A stretch of 64,000 bases of DNA from NCBI RefSeq assembly GCF_028641065.1, contig NC_073407.1, forward strand, positions 15,066,001 through 15,130,000. The letters run 5' to 3'. Within the stretch, counting starts at the first letter, position 1. The number at the start of each line of letters is the position of its first letter. This DNA is from Leucoraja erinacea (taxonomy: Eukaryota). Shown here piece after piece: positions 11,815-24,399 of this stretch. The position numbers and the translations under genes were made by a program. Below the pieces are notes generated by a model that saw nothing but the letters and a program-made list of their open reading frames with translations, was not told where the DNA came from and searched no databases.

Positions 11815-12305
11815 TTAGAATCATAGAGCACAGAAATCAGCCCTCTGGCCCAACTTGTCCCCAGATTTACACTACTTCCATTTGCCTGTGTTTGGCTCAT
11901 ATCCATTTAAACCTTTCCTATCCATGTAATTTTTTTAATGTAGTTATTGTATCTTTCTCAACTATTTCCTCTAGCAGTTCATCCCATATATCCACATCCT
12001 CTGTGGGGAAAAAATATGCCCCTCAGGTTCCCCGAGTCCTGGTAGCATCCTCTTAAATATTTTCTGTACACTTTTCAGCTAAATGGCTTCTTTCTTCGGG
12101 CAGGGTGACCAAAACCTAACACACTGCACTAAGTGCAGCCTCACAAACGTCTTGTACAACTGTAACATAACGTCCAAACTTTGATACTCAATTCTCTAAC
12201 TGATGAAGGTCAGCATGCCAAAAGCTTTCCACACCATCCTGTCTCTCTGTGATACCACATTCAGGGAACTACATACTTGTATTCCTAGATCCCTCTGCTC
12301 TACAA
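11815..12305 (-). mobile_element. CR1-type LINE fragment in the last LRRC8A intron
   Basis: EQRDLGIQV..SL.V..Q.DRMV.KAFGMLTFI remnant and CR1 3' UTR. Confidence 0.7.
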
Positions 12306-12375
12306 TACCAATAATAGACAGAAGCTGGCAAAGGATGCAAGTGCAAAGAGTGCAAAATTGAATATATATACTCAC

Positions 12376-14547
12376 TCTGTTTGCAGTGACCGCAAAATAT
12401 TGCAGATTCTGAAGAAATCCAATGTCCTGTGGAATGGAGGTTAGATTGTTATGGCTCAAATCTAAAAACCGCAATTTGCGGCAGTAGAAGAGCTGTGTGG
12501 GAATCTTTTCAATTTTGTTTCGATTCAAGTAGAGCCTTTCCATGTTGGTCAGAGTGCCAATTTGAATAGGGATGTAGGCAATGTGGTTATACCACAGCTT
12601 AAGGCAGACCAGTCTCCGCAGGTGTTGAAAACTGATTATTTCCTCGATTGTCTTCAGGTTGTTATCTTTCAGATCAATCTCCTGCAAGTTATGGAGACTG
12701 AAGATAGAGTGTGGGATTCGTTCCAAATCACAACGAATCAACTCCAATTCTGTCAGATTCACCATCTTCTTTAGACTATTGAGGACCATAAGTTTGGTAC
12801 CTTCATTGTTGATGGACAGTTTCTGGAGATGAACACCAACATCGGTGACGACCTGCGGCAACTTAGTCAAGTTACTCTTCAACCTCAAAACCTTGAGACA
12901 TTTGAGATCCCGCAGGCCATCAATCACAATGTAGCGGTTGTTTTCTGCGCTCAGATTCCCAGTTAGATGAAGCTCTTCAAGGTTCTTCAGGCTGTAGATC
13001 CACAGGGGGATCTCTTTGATGTCTGTAAATTTGATATGCAGCGACTTCAGGTGCTCGCGCAAAAAGGCAAGGGCTGGTGCCTCGATCTTTGCTGGTGTGT
13101 GGTACAACCAGAGCTCCTTAAGGTTCGTGAGTTGGGCAATAATCGGGGGAATGGTGACATCCAGGATCATCTCCAGTTTCAGCACCTCCAGCTCCGTCAG
13201 GTCAAAGATAGTGTCTGGAATTCCACTCAGCATGAAGAGGTGGAGTTCTGGTTTGTCCTGAGAGTTTTTCATGATCCTCTGCCGGAGTTTCTCCAGTGTC
13301 CACTCATTATTCAGATTGAGCTGCCGCAATTTGTTCTCACTAACCTCGGACAAAAAGACAGCAAAACGTTTTGAATACAAGGGGTCGTACTGATCAATCA
13401 GGTGCAGCATGAAAGCAAAATCATTCTTGACATCAGGAATGTCGCTGTAGCTGCTCTCCTCCCTGATGGACTCGAACGAATACTTCTTCAGCGAACGCCG
13501 GAGCATCCACCAAAGTGTGTACATGCAAATGAGTCCGTAAACAATGACTAAACTAATGTAAAATGATGCCAGAATCTTGAACAAGGTGGCTAATGGATGA
13601 GCACACTGATACACACGGTACCCTGTGAGATTCTGAATGTCCACAATGCAAGACACATCAAATTTTATATCATCAACATAATAAAGTGAGTAACTAATAA
13701 TAATCGCAAATTTGATCACTTTGATAATAGTCTGTCTCATGTAAAGTTGGTAAACTATATCCCCTTCCTCTACATGGGTGCGGAACTTCTTTACTTTTTC
13801 AAAAAGGGCCTTTGCTTGCTCTCCCTCCTTCTTATCCAGCACACCCGTTTCCGAGCGGTCCACTATCCCCTGCTCGATGCGAGACTTTGTTCTCTGCAAC
13901 ATGGGTACGCTGGCCTCCACGTCCTCGCTCGCCGAGGATGATTTCTTTGCCATGGAGCCATTCATTTTAACAAACGACTGCTTAGGGTCACTCTCCTCGA
14001 CCACAGTCTCAGAAAGTGCCCGTGTTGTCCACGGTGAGTCAAAGCATTTAAGGAGGATAGATACAAAATGTTCCAGCTTGGAGCTGGTCCGAGGATATTT
14101 GAACCAAAAATTACTGCACACCAAGAACACTAGTGTGTGCAGGAGTACAAGGTATGGAAAGTATTTTGCAAACCAGTGAAGGTTATTTTCATAGCACACG
14201 GCATCCACGTAATTGTACTGATGGCGGTCCAAGTCATATTGGATACCTGTGGGTTCATCGGAAAATGGGGGAAGAACTGAAGATGGAGGCAGGGATGCGT
14301 TCAGGTATTCTGCAGTTGGCAATACTGTGAGCAGTGGCTGAGCGGGTTCCATGCAAGTATCGTTCGAAACCCACTTGCAGGGTAAACAGATCATTTTGTC
14401 CTGTGTGACCTGTAACGTTCCCCCAAACACTGCTATCATAAGCATCACGATGGAGATGTAGTCCGTGAACACGTCCCACCATGGCTTCAAGATGCGGTAA
14501 GCAGGCTGGGTGTCAGCAAAGTATCGCAGCTCCGTTACTGGAATCAT
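12376..14547 (-). CDS. LRRC8A: LRRC8A main coding exon (724 codons; pannexin-like TM domain plus LRRs), volume-regulated anion channel subunit
   Basis: Starts MIPVTELRYFADTQPAYRILKPWWDVFTDY and contains YDLDRHQYNYVDAVCYE. Acceptor TTCCAG| before 14554, ATG at 14547, donor AGA|GTGAGT at 12376/12375. With the last exon it gives 815 aa. Confidence 0.97.
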
Positions 14548-14944
14548 CACGCTCCTGGAAGTTAACAGAAATAAATTTCAGGAGGCAACTCGTGCACCGA
14601 GGTTAACGTTCTGATCACTAACTGGAAACGTAGCTATGGATATTGTGCAGTTTTACACTACTTATCATGATTATATCCTTCAAACAAAGAGGTAAGAAAC
14701 TGCAGATGGAGGAATCGAGCAAAACAAGGTACTGGAGGTACTCAGCGGATCAGGGAGCATTGGTGGAGGGGATGGACAGATAACATTTTGGTACGTGACC
14801 ATCACCGGTCTAAAAAAAGGTTGTCTGTCTATTCTCTCCAAAAATACTGCCTGACCTGCTGAATTCGTCGGGTGCTTTGTATTTTGCCTTTCAAATTTGG
14901 ATTATTTCCATATATTTGTTTGACAGTTGCCCATCTGGCTTATA

Positions 14945-16460
14945 AGGTTATAAGTAATTGGAGCAGAATTAAGCCATTCAGTCCATCAAGTCTACTCCGC
15001 CATTCAATCATGGCTGATCTATCTCTCCCTCCTAACCCCATTCTCCTGCCTTCTCCCCATAATCCCTGACACCCGTACTAATCAAGAATCTATCTATCTC
15101 TGGTTTAAAAATATCCATTAACTTGGCCTCCACAGCCTTCTGTGGCAAATAATTCTACAGATTCACCACCCTCTGCCTAAAGAAATTCCTTCTCATCTCC
15201 TTCCTAAAGGAACATCCTTTAATTCTGAGGTTATGACCTCTAGTCCTAGACATTCCCACTAGTAGAAACATCCTTTCCACATTCACTCTATCCAAGCCTT
15301 TCACTATTCGGTACGTTTCAATGAGCTCCCCCCCCCCACCATTCTTTTAAACTCTAGCGAGTACAGGCCCAGTACCGTCAAAAGATCATCATAAGTTAAC
15401 CCACTCATTTATGGAATCATTCTAATAAACCTCCTCTGGACCCTCTCCAGGGCCAGCACATTCCTTCTCGGATATGGTGCCCAAAATATTGTGCTTGACC
15501 AGCGCCATAGAGCCTCAGCATTCCATCACTGTTTTTGTATTCTAGCTCTCTAGAAATAAATGTTAGCATTGCATTTGCCTTCTTACGGAACAAGCGTATG
15601 GAACAAGCTGCCAGAGGAGGCAATTGAGGCTGGGACTATCCAGCCATTTAAGAAACAGTTAGACAGGTACATGGATAGGACAGGTTTCGAGGGATATGGA
15701 CCAAGCGCAGGCAAGTGGGACTAGTATAGCTGGGACATTATTGACAAGTATGGGCATTGGGCCGAAGGGCCTGTTTCCATTGTGTCACTCTATGATTTGC
15801 AGATCAACTTTTTGGGAATCCTGCATCAGCATTCCCAAGTCCCTTTGCACCTCCGATTTCTGGATTCTCTCCCCACTTAGAAAATAGATTACTCCTTTAT
15901 TCCTACTACCAAAATGCACGACTCCACACTTTGCTACACTATATTCCATCTGCCACTTCTCTGCCCACTCTCCCAACCTGTCCAAGTCCTTCTGCAGAGT
16001 CCCTGCTTTCTCTGCACTACCGGCCCTTCCACTTATTTTCTTATCGTCTGTTAATTTGGCCACAAAGCCTTCAATGCCCTCATTGAAATCATAAATATAC
16101 AACGTGAAGAGGAGCAGCCCCAGCACCGACCCCTGCGGAACTCCACGAGTCACTGGCAGCCAACCAGAAAAATCCCCCTTTATTGCCACTATTTGCCGCC
16201 TGCCATCTAGCCAACCTGCTATTCATGTTAGTATCTGCCCTTTGATACCTTAGCAGCCTCACATGTGGCACCTTATCGAAGGGTTTCTGAAAATCTAGGT
16301 AAACAATGTCCACTGCCTCTCCTTTGTCAGTCCTACTATTTACGTCCAAAGCATTCCAGCAGATTCGTTAGGCAAGATCTCCCCTTCACAAAACCATGCT
16401 GGCTTCGACCTAGTTTATCATGAACTTTGAAGTACTCCGTAGCCTCGAACTTTATAATGG
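14945..16460 (-). mobile_element. CR1-type LINE composite (minus-strand RT fragment interrupted by a plus-strand CR1 3' end at ~15590-15795)
   Basis: ORFs with [48 protein letters not shown]. Confidence 0.85.
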
Positions 16461-16724
16461 ACTATCCATTTATATTGGATCACAGGGCCATTTCACAGCC
16501 CACTAATTTTCCCTGTACCCACCCTGTCCAGGTTACAAAGACCATATTTATGCACACCTATACATATGATCAAACAGCAACAATCGTGGCTGGATGGAGC
16601 CAAACAGAACTACCTGGACAAGTGGGAGTGCTGAGCAGACTCACTCAAGGTGTCACCAGTGGCCACTCTTCCCAACCTGCTCAATGTCCTGTCATAGCTA
16701 TTTCTTGGAAACTCTCCCACACTT

Positions 16725-17000
16725 CACAGTGGCTCAGCTCGTAGAGCTGTTGCCTCAGCACCAGAGACCAAGTTTCGATCCTGACCTTGGATGCTGTCTG
16801 TGTAGAGTTTGCACATTCTCCCTGTGACTATAGGGAGAATTTGAGTTTGACGTGAGAGTTTGTATGTTAATTAGCCTCTGTAAATTTTCCCTGGTGTGTT
16901 AGGAGTGGATGTTAAAATGGGATAACATACAACTAACGTGATCAATGGTTGGCGTGTACTCATTGGGCTGAACAGCCTGTACTGTTATCTCTAAACTAAA
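16725..17000 (+). mobile_element. tRNA-derived HE1/V-SINE-type SINE
   Basis: A-box-like TGGCTCAGCTCG, B-box-like GTTTCGATCC, core GTAGAGTTTGCACATTCTCCC, (CTAAA)n tail. Confidence 0.7.
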
Positions 17001-19345
17001 TACACTGTTGTTTTTCATTTTCAACTTTAAAAAAAATTGGGTTCCAAACAATTTCTAGGAAAGGAACCTGGGGCCCACCTGTAATCTTCCTATCCTGTTA
17101 CCATTCGCCTACCGTCAACCTACACCAGGGGCAATTTACAATGGAATGTACATCTACCAATCTGCACATCTTTGAGATGTAGGTGGGAAGTGTGCCAGAC
17201 TTGAGAGGATGTTGCCGGGCCTTGTGGGCCTGAGCCAGAGGGAGAGGTTGGGCAGGCTAGGACTTTATTCCTTGGAGTGCAAGAAGCTGAGGGGTGATCT
17301 AATAGAGATGTTCAAATTCATGAGAATAGATAGGGTGAATATTTGGGTCCCTGGGTGTTGGAAGGGAGGAAATAAAATGATAGTTACATGGGAAGGTACT
17401 GTGAGAAAGAGAGTGGGTGTTGGAGGTGGAAGGGTGAACATATTTTCCAAAAGTATTAATCATGCCCCCATACATGGTAAATTGTAAACTTTTGATGTCT
17501 TTAGTTCCATAGGCCTGTCTTTACATTTTAATACAATTAAAATATCTCTCAACTCTTAGATTGGTTTTAAAACATTTGTAAAATGTTGCTTTCTCTCAGG
17601 ATTAATTTTATTACCAAGAGAAGGGATAGGATCCAGTTCAATGGTGCCAGAACAGGCAGCACAGGGGAGCCTGGCCAGCATCTATGAATAAAAACTAGTT
17701 ATGTAAACATTGTAGGAAATGAATACAAATTAACATGTCCCCATGCTCTTTCCCAAAATTGTTTGTGGAGCTTTTTCGACATTATTAACCCTCTACTCAG
17801 ACTTAAGAACAAGAATGAGTAATACTAAAATAACACAAACACAGGAGTAGGAGTAGACCACGTGGCCCGTCGAGCCGTGGCCCTTAGAGCCGATTCAATA
17901 ACATCTCCAGTCTGACCTTGGGTTTCAATATCCTCTTCCTGCTTGATTGCCATAACCATTAATTTCTCTGTTGTCCAAAAGTCTCTCGGCATCTACAGCT
18001 TTCTCAGAAAGAGAACGAAAAGGATTCCAATTCTCAGAGGAAACTCCTCCTTACACAAATTTTAAGTTGTCAGTCTCTCATCCTGTGACTCACCCCCACC
18101 TCCTTTTGGAGAACTCAAGTATGATTGTGTTTATGTATAGTGAGATTTTTACTGAACTGTGTGCAAAAAAGGAATTACACTATACCAAGGCACATGTGGC
18201 AATGAAGTACCATTGAAGGATCTAATGTCTCTATGAGATTGATCTGTTCAATTATTCCTTTTGAGACAACCTCCACATGCAGGGGATCAATCTTGTGACT
18301 GTTCGCCATACTGGCTTGGAGGCAAATATATCCTTAGGGAAACCAAACCCATCTGGAGTAAACCAGGTTTGATCTCAAATGCCTGAACAATTGTATTCAA
18401 TTATCACTCAATATTAACTTTCCATTTGTGTTAGTTACAACTAACTACCTTTCCATTGTGTTAGTTAGTTAATTAGTTGCTGCATCTCCATGGTAACTTT
18501 ATATTTCAAGAATACCCAGATCTTTAGAGTAATATAGCATTGAAACAGGCAATGATGACCATGTTTTTACCGGTGCCTGGTCAATATCTCCTCAAACTAC
18601 TCCAGTCCATGTAGCTGTCAAACTGCCTTGTAAATGTCATAAATGCTCTCACCTCTACCACTTCCTCTAGTAGTTCATGCCAAGTACACACTAACATTTC
18701 CCCTTCAAGTCCCTTTTAAATCTTTCTCCTCTCACCTTATGCTCTCTAGTTTTAGACTCCACTACCTTGAGGAAAGATTGGCAAACTTTGGCAAATGGAG
18801 AATAATGAAATGTTGAAAAGATCTGAGGGTATTATTAAGATATGACACTATTAAATGTTGATTTACCACCCAAGAATAAGGAGGCCGAGAGGTAACTTTA
18901 TAGAAGTATCTGAAATCACGAGGGCTATGATAAGGTGGATAGCCAATCTTTTCCTCAACTTCCTTGCTCACTCCCAATCCCATCATCCACCATCAGTCAG
19001 CCCCACACATTGCTGGCTTTCTAAAATTACTTGGAGCTCACCACTTTCACTGGGCTTCTTCACTCGAGCGAGACTGTTGGTGCAAGCTTCTCCAACGTTG
19101 TTTCCTTATGTCTGCCACAAGGTGGCATGCAAGCTTAATCAATGGGCCTGCAACATGCTCAGGCTTGGGTGTTAAACCAGGCCATGTAATTGAGAACAGT
19201 GTAGGGGCAATGTTTCCCACCACAATGCTGTACTCACAGCTGACATACTTCCCATTGGAGTGGAGCTAATGTACCAAAGGGAAACTTTCTAACTAACATT
19301 ACCTCCACTGCAGAACCACAGTCAAACCAACTCCATTATGCAGCT

Positions 19346-19485
19346 AAGGACACAAACTGCTGGACTAACTGCTCTTAAGAAGAACCCCAATGTGAAGCAT
19401 CACCTATCCATGTTCTACAGGAATGCAGATTGACCCCGAGTTACTCCGGTCTTTTTCATAAACCAGCATCTGCAGTTCCTGGTTT
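19346..19485 (+). mobile_element. Degenerate Penelope-like pseudo-LTR element with 15-bp TSD
   Basis: Ends CCAGCATCTGCAGTTCC like the other copies. CTCCATTATGCAGCT at 19331-19345 and 19486-19500. Confidence 0.65.
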
Positions 19486-19831
19486 CTCCATTATGCAGCT
19501 GATGCTTCCATACATGGACTGAGATGAAGCTCCAAGTCATCATCATCTCATTTACTGAAAGATTTCAGAGAATGAGGTTTACATTTAACACATAAAAAAC
19601 GGGTTCAACTGTACATCGTTGCCCTCTGGGAACAACAGGCCATGTGAAGCTGGAATAAGTACACCACTTCCCATATTTAGGGAATTACCTTGTAAAGAGA
19701 GCCATTGATTATGAAATTCACCAACTACTTCAGTACACTAGCAAAGAGCATTTGGCTGCCTGAGTGAAAGAGCACTTAAAGAATCAGGGTTAAAGTGATC
19801 CTTGGCCTGCTGAGCGCTTGCGACATGTACT

Positions 19832-19948
19832 CAGGAAGTGGCGGCGCTGTTGAACAGCTGCAGTTCGTCTGCAGTCCGCCGATTTTAATTTTTTTGTTGT
19901 TTTTTTTGTCTTATTTTAGTTAAATTTTAGTTTATTAGGTTGTGTTAT

Positions 19949-20007
<59 letters not shown>

Positions 20008-20770
20008 GTGAAACATGGTTTCTTGACTCTTCCTTTGGGGGAATGCGACTCTTTTTGTCGTATCCCCCTTCTCTGCCTCCGTCTGCGCTGAGGCCTAATG
20101 GCAGAGCTGGGGGCCTCCAACCGACCTCGAAGCTCTGGAAGCAGAGCCAGCCAGGACTCACCAACACTAGGCTGGCCAAAAACGGAGCTGTGGCGGCGTT
20201 CCGGCGCTCCGGTGGCGGCGGCACGACTCGGGGCTGAGAGGGTGCTCCGGTGGCTGAGGCGGCATGACTCGGGGCTGTGGTGGCTTTCCGGTGGCTGAGG
20301 CGGTGTTCCGGCGGCGGCGACCTGAATCCGGGGCTTGGCCGCGGGCCAGTGGACGTCATCGTCGGGAGCTCGCAGGTCACAGGCTAGTGACCCGTTTTTA
20401 CGGAGCTCCCGCGGCAACAGCTGCGTCCGCTGGACTGGAGGGCGGCAGCTTCGACCACCCCGGGCCGCAGAGCTTGAACCGGCCCGTTCGCGGAGCTCAG
20501 TTGAGCCGCGGGACTGACTACCATCGCCCGGTGGGGTAACAACATATCGCCTCAGCGCAGAGGGAGAATAAGAAGGGAAGAGACGGTGACTTTCAGACTT
20601 TGCCTCCATCACAGTGAGGAGGTGCCTGGTGAACTCACTGTGGTGGATGTTAATTTGTGTTTATTGTGTGTTTTGTTATTTATTATTATATGTATGACTG
20701 TAGGCAACGAAATATCGTTCAGACCGAAAGGTCTGAATGACAAATAAAGGAATCTAATCTAATCTAATCT
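19832..20770 (+). mobile_element. GC/CpG-rich non-autonomous retroposon with (AATCT)n tail
   Basis: Sharp GC-rich island in an AT-rich intron, internal G58 run (19949-20006), 3' hairpin at 20718-20737, ATGACAAATAAA, and (AATCT)4 at 20751-20770. Confidence 0.65.
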
Positions 20771-22763
20771 GACTACAGCAGGCACCTTAAAGCACCCGAG
20801 AGCTGCATCCAAAACAGGGCCTGCAAAATGTTCTAAACTCCCTGGCAGGATAAGTGAACCAATATCAGTATCCTTCTTCAGGCCAAATCCTCAGTTTTGT
20901 TGGCCAGGTTCACTCAGTTGCCTTCATAAGAAGATCAGATCCTTCACATGACTGATATCAAGCTCTCAAAACATGCATTTGAACTTAGATACAGAAAGAT
21001 ATTACCAGATGGATAGAAGATTATGCACAGGTGCAGTGATGTACAGGTACAATGAAAAACCTGCTTGCAGCAGCATCACAGACTCAGACAACATACAAAC
21101 AAATTATACAAGGCAGTGAAAAGAAAGACTGCAACAAGACGACACTGGGTCAAAACACAATTAGAGAATAGTTTCATGGTAGTGCAAGAGGTATCAGTAA
21201 TGCTCCTTAGGACTGTGCAAATTGGTTCCAAGAAACTAATGGAAATCTCAATGCCTCCTTGACAAAGTTTAACATCTCCAGTCACTCATGGGAATCCTAT
21301 AATAACTCAAAATGAAATACATTCAGGAAGGCTTTGAATGCCTCAGGTCCATTCATCAGCAATACAGATCGCCAGCTTAAAACATCCCCCAAACAGATGG
21401 CAATTTTTATTTTTTATTTTAAATGCTTTACATATAATACTTGGAAATGACTTTTCCACTTCTGTAATGGCAGCTGGGCAAACAGATGACTTTTTAGTAT
21501 CTATCAAAAACACAAATTCTCTGTAAAGATTTAAAAAAAAAAGAATCTCAGAGCTGGTGAGAAAGATAACAAAAGTTTTCTCTCATCTGGTACCGATCTC
21601 CTGTCTTCGGAATAAGTTCAAATACGAGCTAGTGGAAACAACAGCTTTTTGTACATGCATTCGGTTCAATTTACCAGTCCTTTAGATTCTCGTTTAAAGT
21701 GAAAGACAATTCTTACATCACCATGATCCCAGGATTGAGGAACAATGTGGATGTTATTTACACATCTGTATATTTTGTAGATAATTTAAGGAATGAAACC
21801 TTCTCAATGTGGATGTAAAGATTCAATTCTGACAATAGATCTGAAGAAAGTACAATATTTCATCTGCAGATTTGTACCATGAAGCTAGAGGAGTACAAAC
21901 AGCTGATATACATTCATACCTTTTGATCTGTTACGAAGATAGTTGTAGTTTAACCTGTCACGTTATGGCAGAAATCCCAAGGACAGCAATAGCATTATAA
22001 AGTGTATGTGATGTTCATTCCTGGGTGATATGCACAGTTATGCAATTTTCAAAAATCAGTCATGTTTCAAAATGTTAAAATCTTCAAAGAAAATTGTACT
22101 TGGCTTGAATCCTACACAGCAGCTTTCTATTGCCAGTAACCAGGCTTTTATAAATATCTTTCCAACAAATAACTGTACATCAGATAGGACCCATTTGGAT
22201 TAAAGTTGTGTGTTTGAAGGTTCTTCAACCGTTTGCAATTCACATCATTTGAGAATTCTTTTGGACTAAACAACAACATTTAAAAAACTAAAAATAGCAA
22301 AAAAATATACATCGCAATAAATCATCACACAAAACACACAATAAACAAACTAATGGTTAAAAGTAGTCTTGACCAGACCCCTGTTATGACTATGATAAAA
22401 TGCAAAATTAAATTTAGCAATGCAAAGAAGCCAGGTTAAGAGTTGTTGAGAAGGGTAAGCTTGTTTATTGGCGAGGCTTGAACTCAAACAATTCTTCTGC
22501 TAATTCAATCTCGCTTCAGTTGCCAAGACTTCACTTCAATAAACCAAGCCAGGTTTTCCCACACAGCACATTCAATGAGACCAGTATAGATTCAGTTTCT
22601 AACCAACAACATGGTATTATACAGTGCCACAGAGCACTTGGCCAGTCACGTGGACATGAATACACTAAACACCACCACCCCAACTGGCCCTTGCACTGCA
22701 GCAGTACCAGTAAATAATTATGGAGAAGTGCAGAATTAATTTAAAAGCATGTAATACAGTTAA

Positions 22764-23260
22764 GGGCTGTCCCACTTGGGCGACCTAATTGGCGAGTTTA
22801 GAAGAGTTTGAAAAAAATAACATGTTGAAGACGTCCTTCGACTATGTTGAAGACTAGCTTCGACTATGTTGAAGACTAGCTTCGACTAGCTTCGGGAAAA
22901 TTGGACACCGAATAGTGGAGAGTGAAGACGACCTCCTTCGACCATGATGAAGACTATCTACGACTACCTTCGACCACCCTCGATTATCTACGACTAACAT
23001 GCCGACCTACTACGACTAAACCTATTAGTAAAAAAAGTATCGATTTTTCCCATGGCGACCTTTTTTTACTTGCGGGCATTTTTTAACATATTGAAAAGAA
23101 CGCCGCGACCTAGCTGAGGCCTCGAGCACGTGGACCACTCTCGAGAATGAAGGAGTGGTACGAAGACCTTCTGCGACTTTGTGTCGACCATGCTGCGAGT
23201 ATGAGCCAAGGGCAAACTCGCCAGAACTCACGGATTAAGTCGCCCAAGTGGGACAGGCCC
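22764..23260. mobile_element. Non-autonomous DNA transposon (MITE), PIF/Harbinger-like termini
   Basis: TIRs GGGCTGTCCCACTTGGGCGAC / GTCGCCCAAGTGGGACAGGCCC, TAA-type flank, internal CTTCGAC subrepeats. Confidence 0.75.
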
Positions 23261-23526
23261 TTCAAGTTGAAACACCAGTGCTACTGCACAAATAATTAAT
23301 TCCTATGAAAACACTTTTTTTTTTAGGAAATAGTTTTGTTATTTATTTCTATAATTTGAAAGTAACAGATATTCAAACTACAATGATAATCTGAAACAGA
23401 ATCATATTTAGCTTTTTTTTTTAAAAAAGATTGAAACATTCGCTCAATTAATTCTTTCCATTTAGAAAAATAAATATAAATAGGAAAAGGCCTGGAACAG
23501 CTGGAGTTCAGAAGTAGTTGAAGTAA

Positions 23527-23742
23527 CCCAATTTCACGACCTAATTCACGACCTCTGGCGAGTTTGCCCTTGACTCATACTCGCAGCATGGTCGTCACGA
23601 TGTCGTAGGTAGGTCATAGCAGGTTGTGATGCTAGTCGTAGGTACTCGTGGCATCAAGTAGGTCGGGTCGTTTTTTCAATATGATGAAAAATGTCCATGA
23701 GTAAAAAAAGGTTGTGAATTAGGTCGTGAAAGTAACAGGCCC
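23527..23742. mobile_element. Short derivative of the same MITE family, opposite orientation
   Basis: GGCGAGTTTGCCCTTGACTCATACTCGCAGCATGGTCG is nearly the reverse complement of 23186-23222. Ends ACAGGCCC|TTA. Confidence 0.65.
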
Positions 23743-24399
23743 TTAACCCTCTACACCTGAATATTTTAGGAGAGGTTGTGGACTGACTTCCAACTGAACA
23801 TCTGTTTCTTTCTGCTTGCTTCTTGTGCATTTAAATATGAATCAATGTTTCAGTAGAAATAGTTTTTTTTTTTAAAGCAAAACTGTTCAAGTAACTGCTA
23901 GACTCTTCAGCAATAGCAAAGTATCCCAGAGCCTGGTGTACCTGACGCTTACAGTAGAGGGTTCGAAATCAAGAGTAATCTGCAGCCAAACATTAACCAT
24001 GTGTTTGACTCTAAACCTGTGCTTACACTTTTTCGCCAATCACATTAACTCTCATTCCTCCATCTCATTCTTAGCACATGACCTTGTTCCAGTAATGCTC
24101 AACACAAGCCCAGAGCATCCCATCGCCTGATTTGATGATTCAGCATCAGTTTCAGTCATTTCAGATAACCAGTTACATCACTCATGTATTTCACTTTTCC
24201 ACAAGTTTTGTTACCTCTCACTTAGTTGCATGAAATCACAAATACTCCTATTTATAAATAGGTAAACCCCCTCCACAACTGGACCCTCAACCTCCTAGCT
24301 CACTGGCTGCAATCAGAGAGGATAGGCAACATCTCTTCTATGATAATTCTCAATATCAGTGCTCCACAAGGTTACGTTCTCAACCCCTTAATATGTAGA

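Noticed and set aside
12196-12375. C-terminal 59 aa of the 784-aa track ORF as the true LRRC8A end
   Set aside because: It lies past a GTGAGT donor and is partly CR1-derived; the homologous C-terminus is in exon 11685-11410.
12562-14482. Several overlapping ORFs within LRRC8A
   Set aside because: Antisense or alternative-frame shadows of a long coding exon.
16725-16800. tRNA gene
   Set aside because: A/B boxes belong to a SINE head; no cloverleaf, and it continues into SINE core and tail.
19916-20612. Pro/Gly-rich ORFs of 154-225 aa
   Set aside because: Produced by high GC content and the G58 run, whose length is also prone to sequencing error; no recognisable domain.
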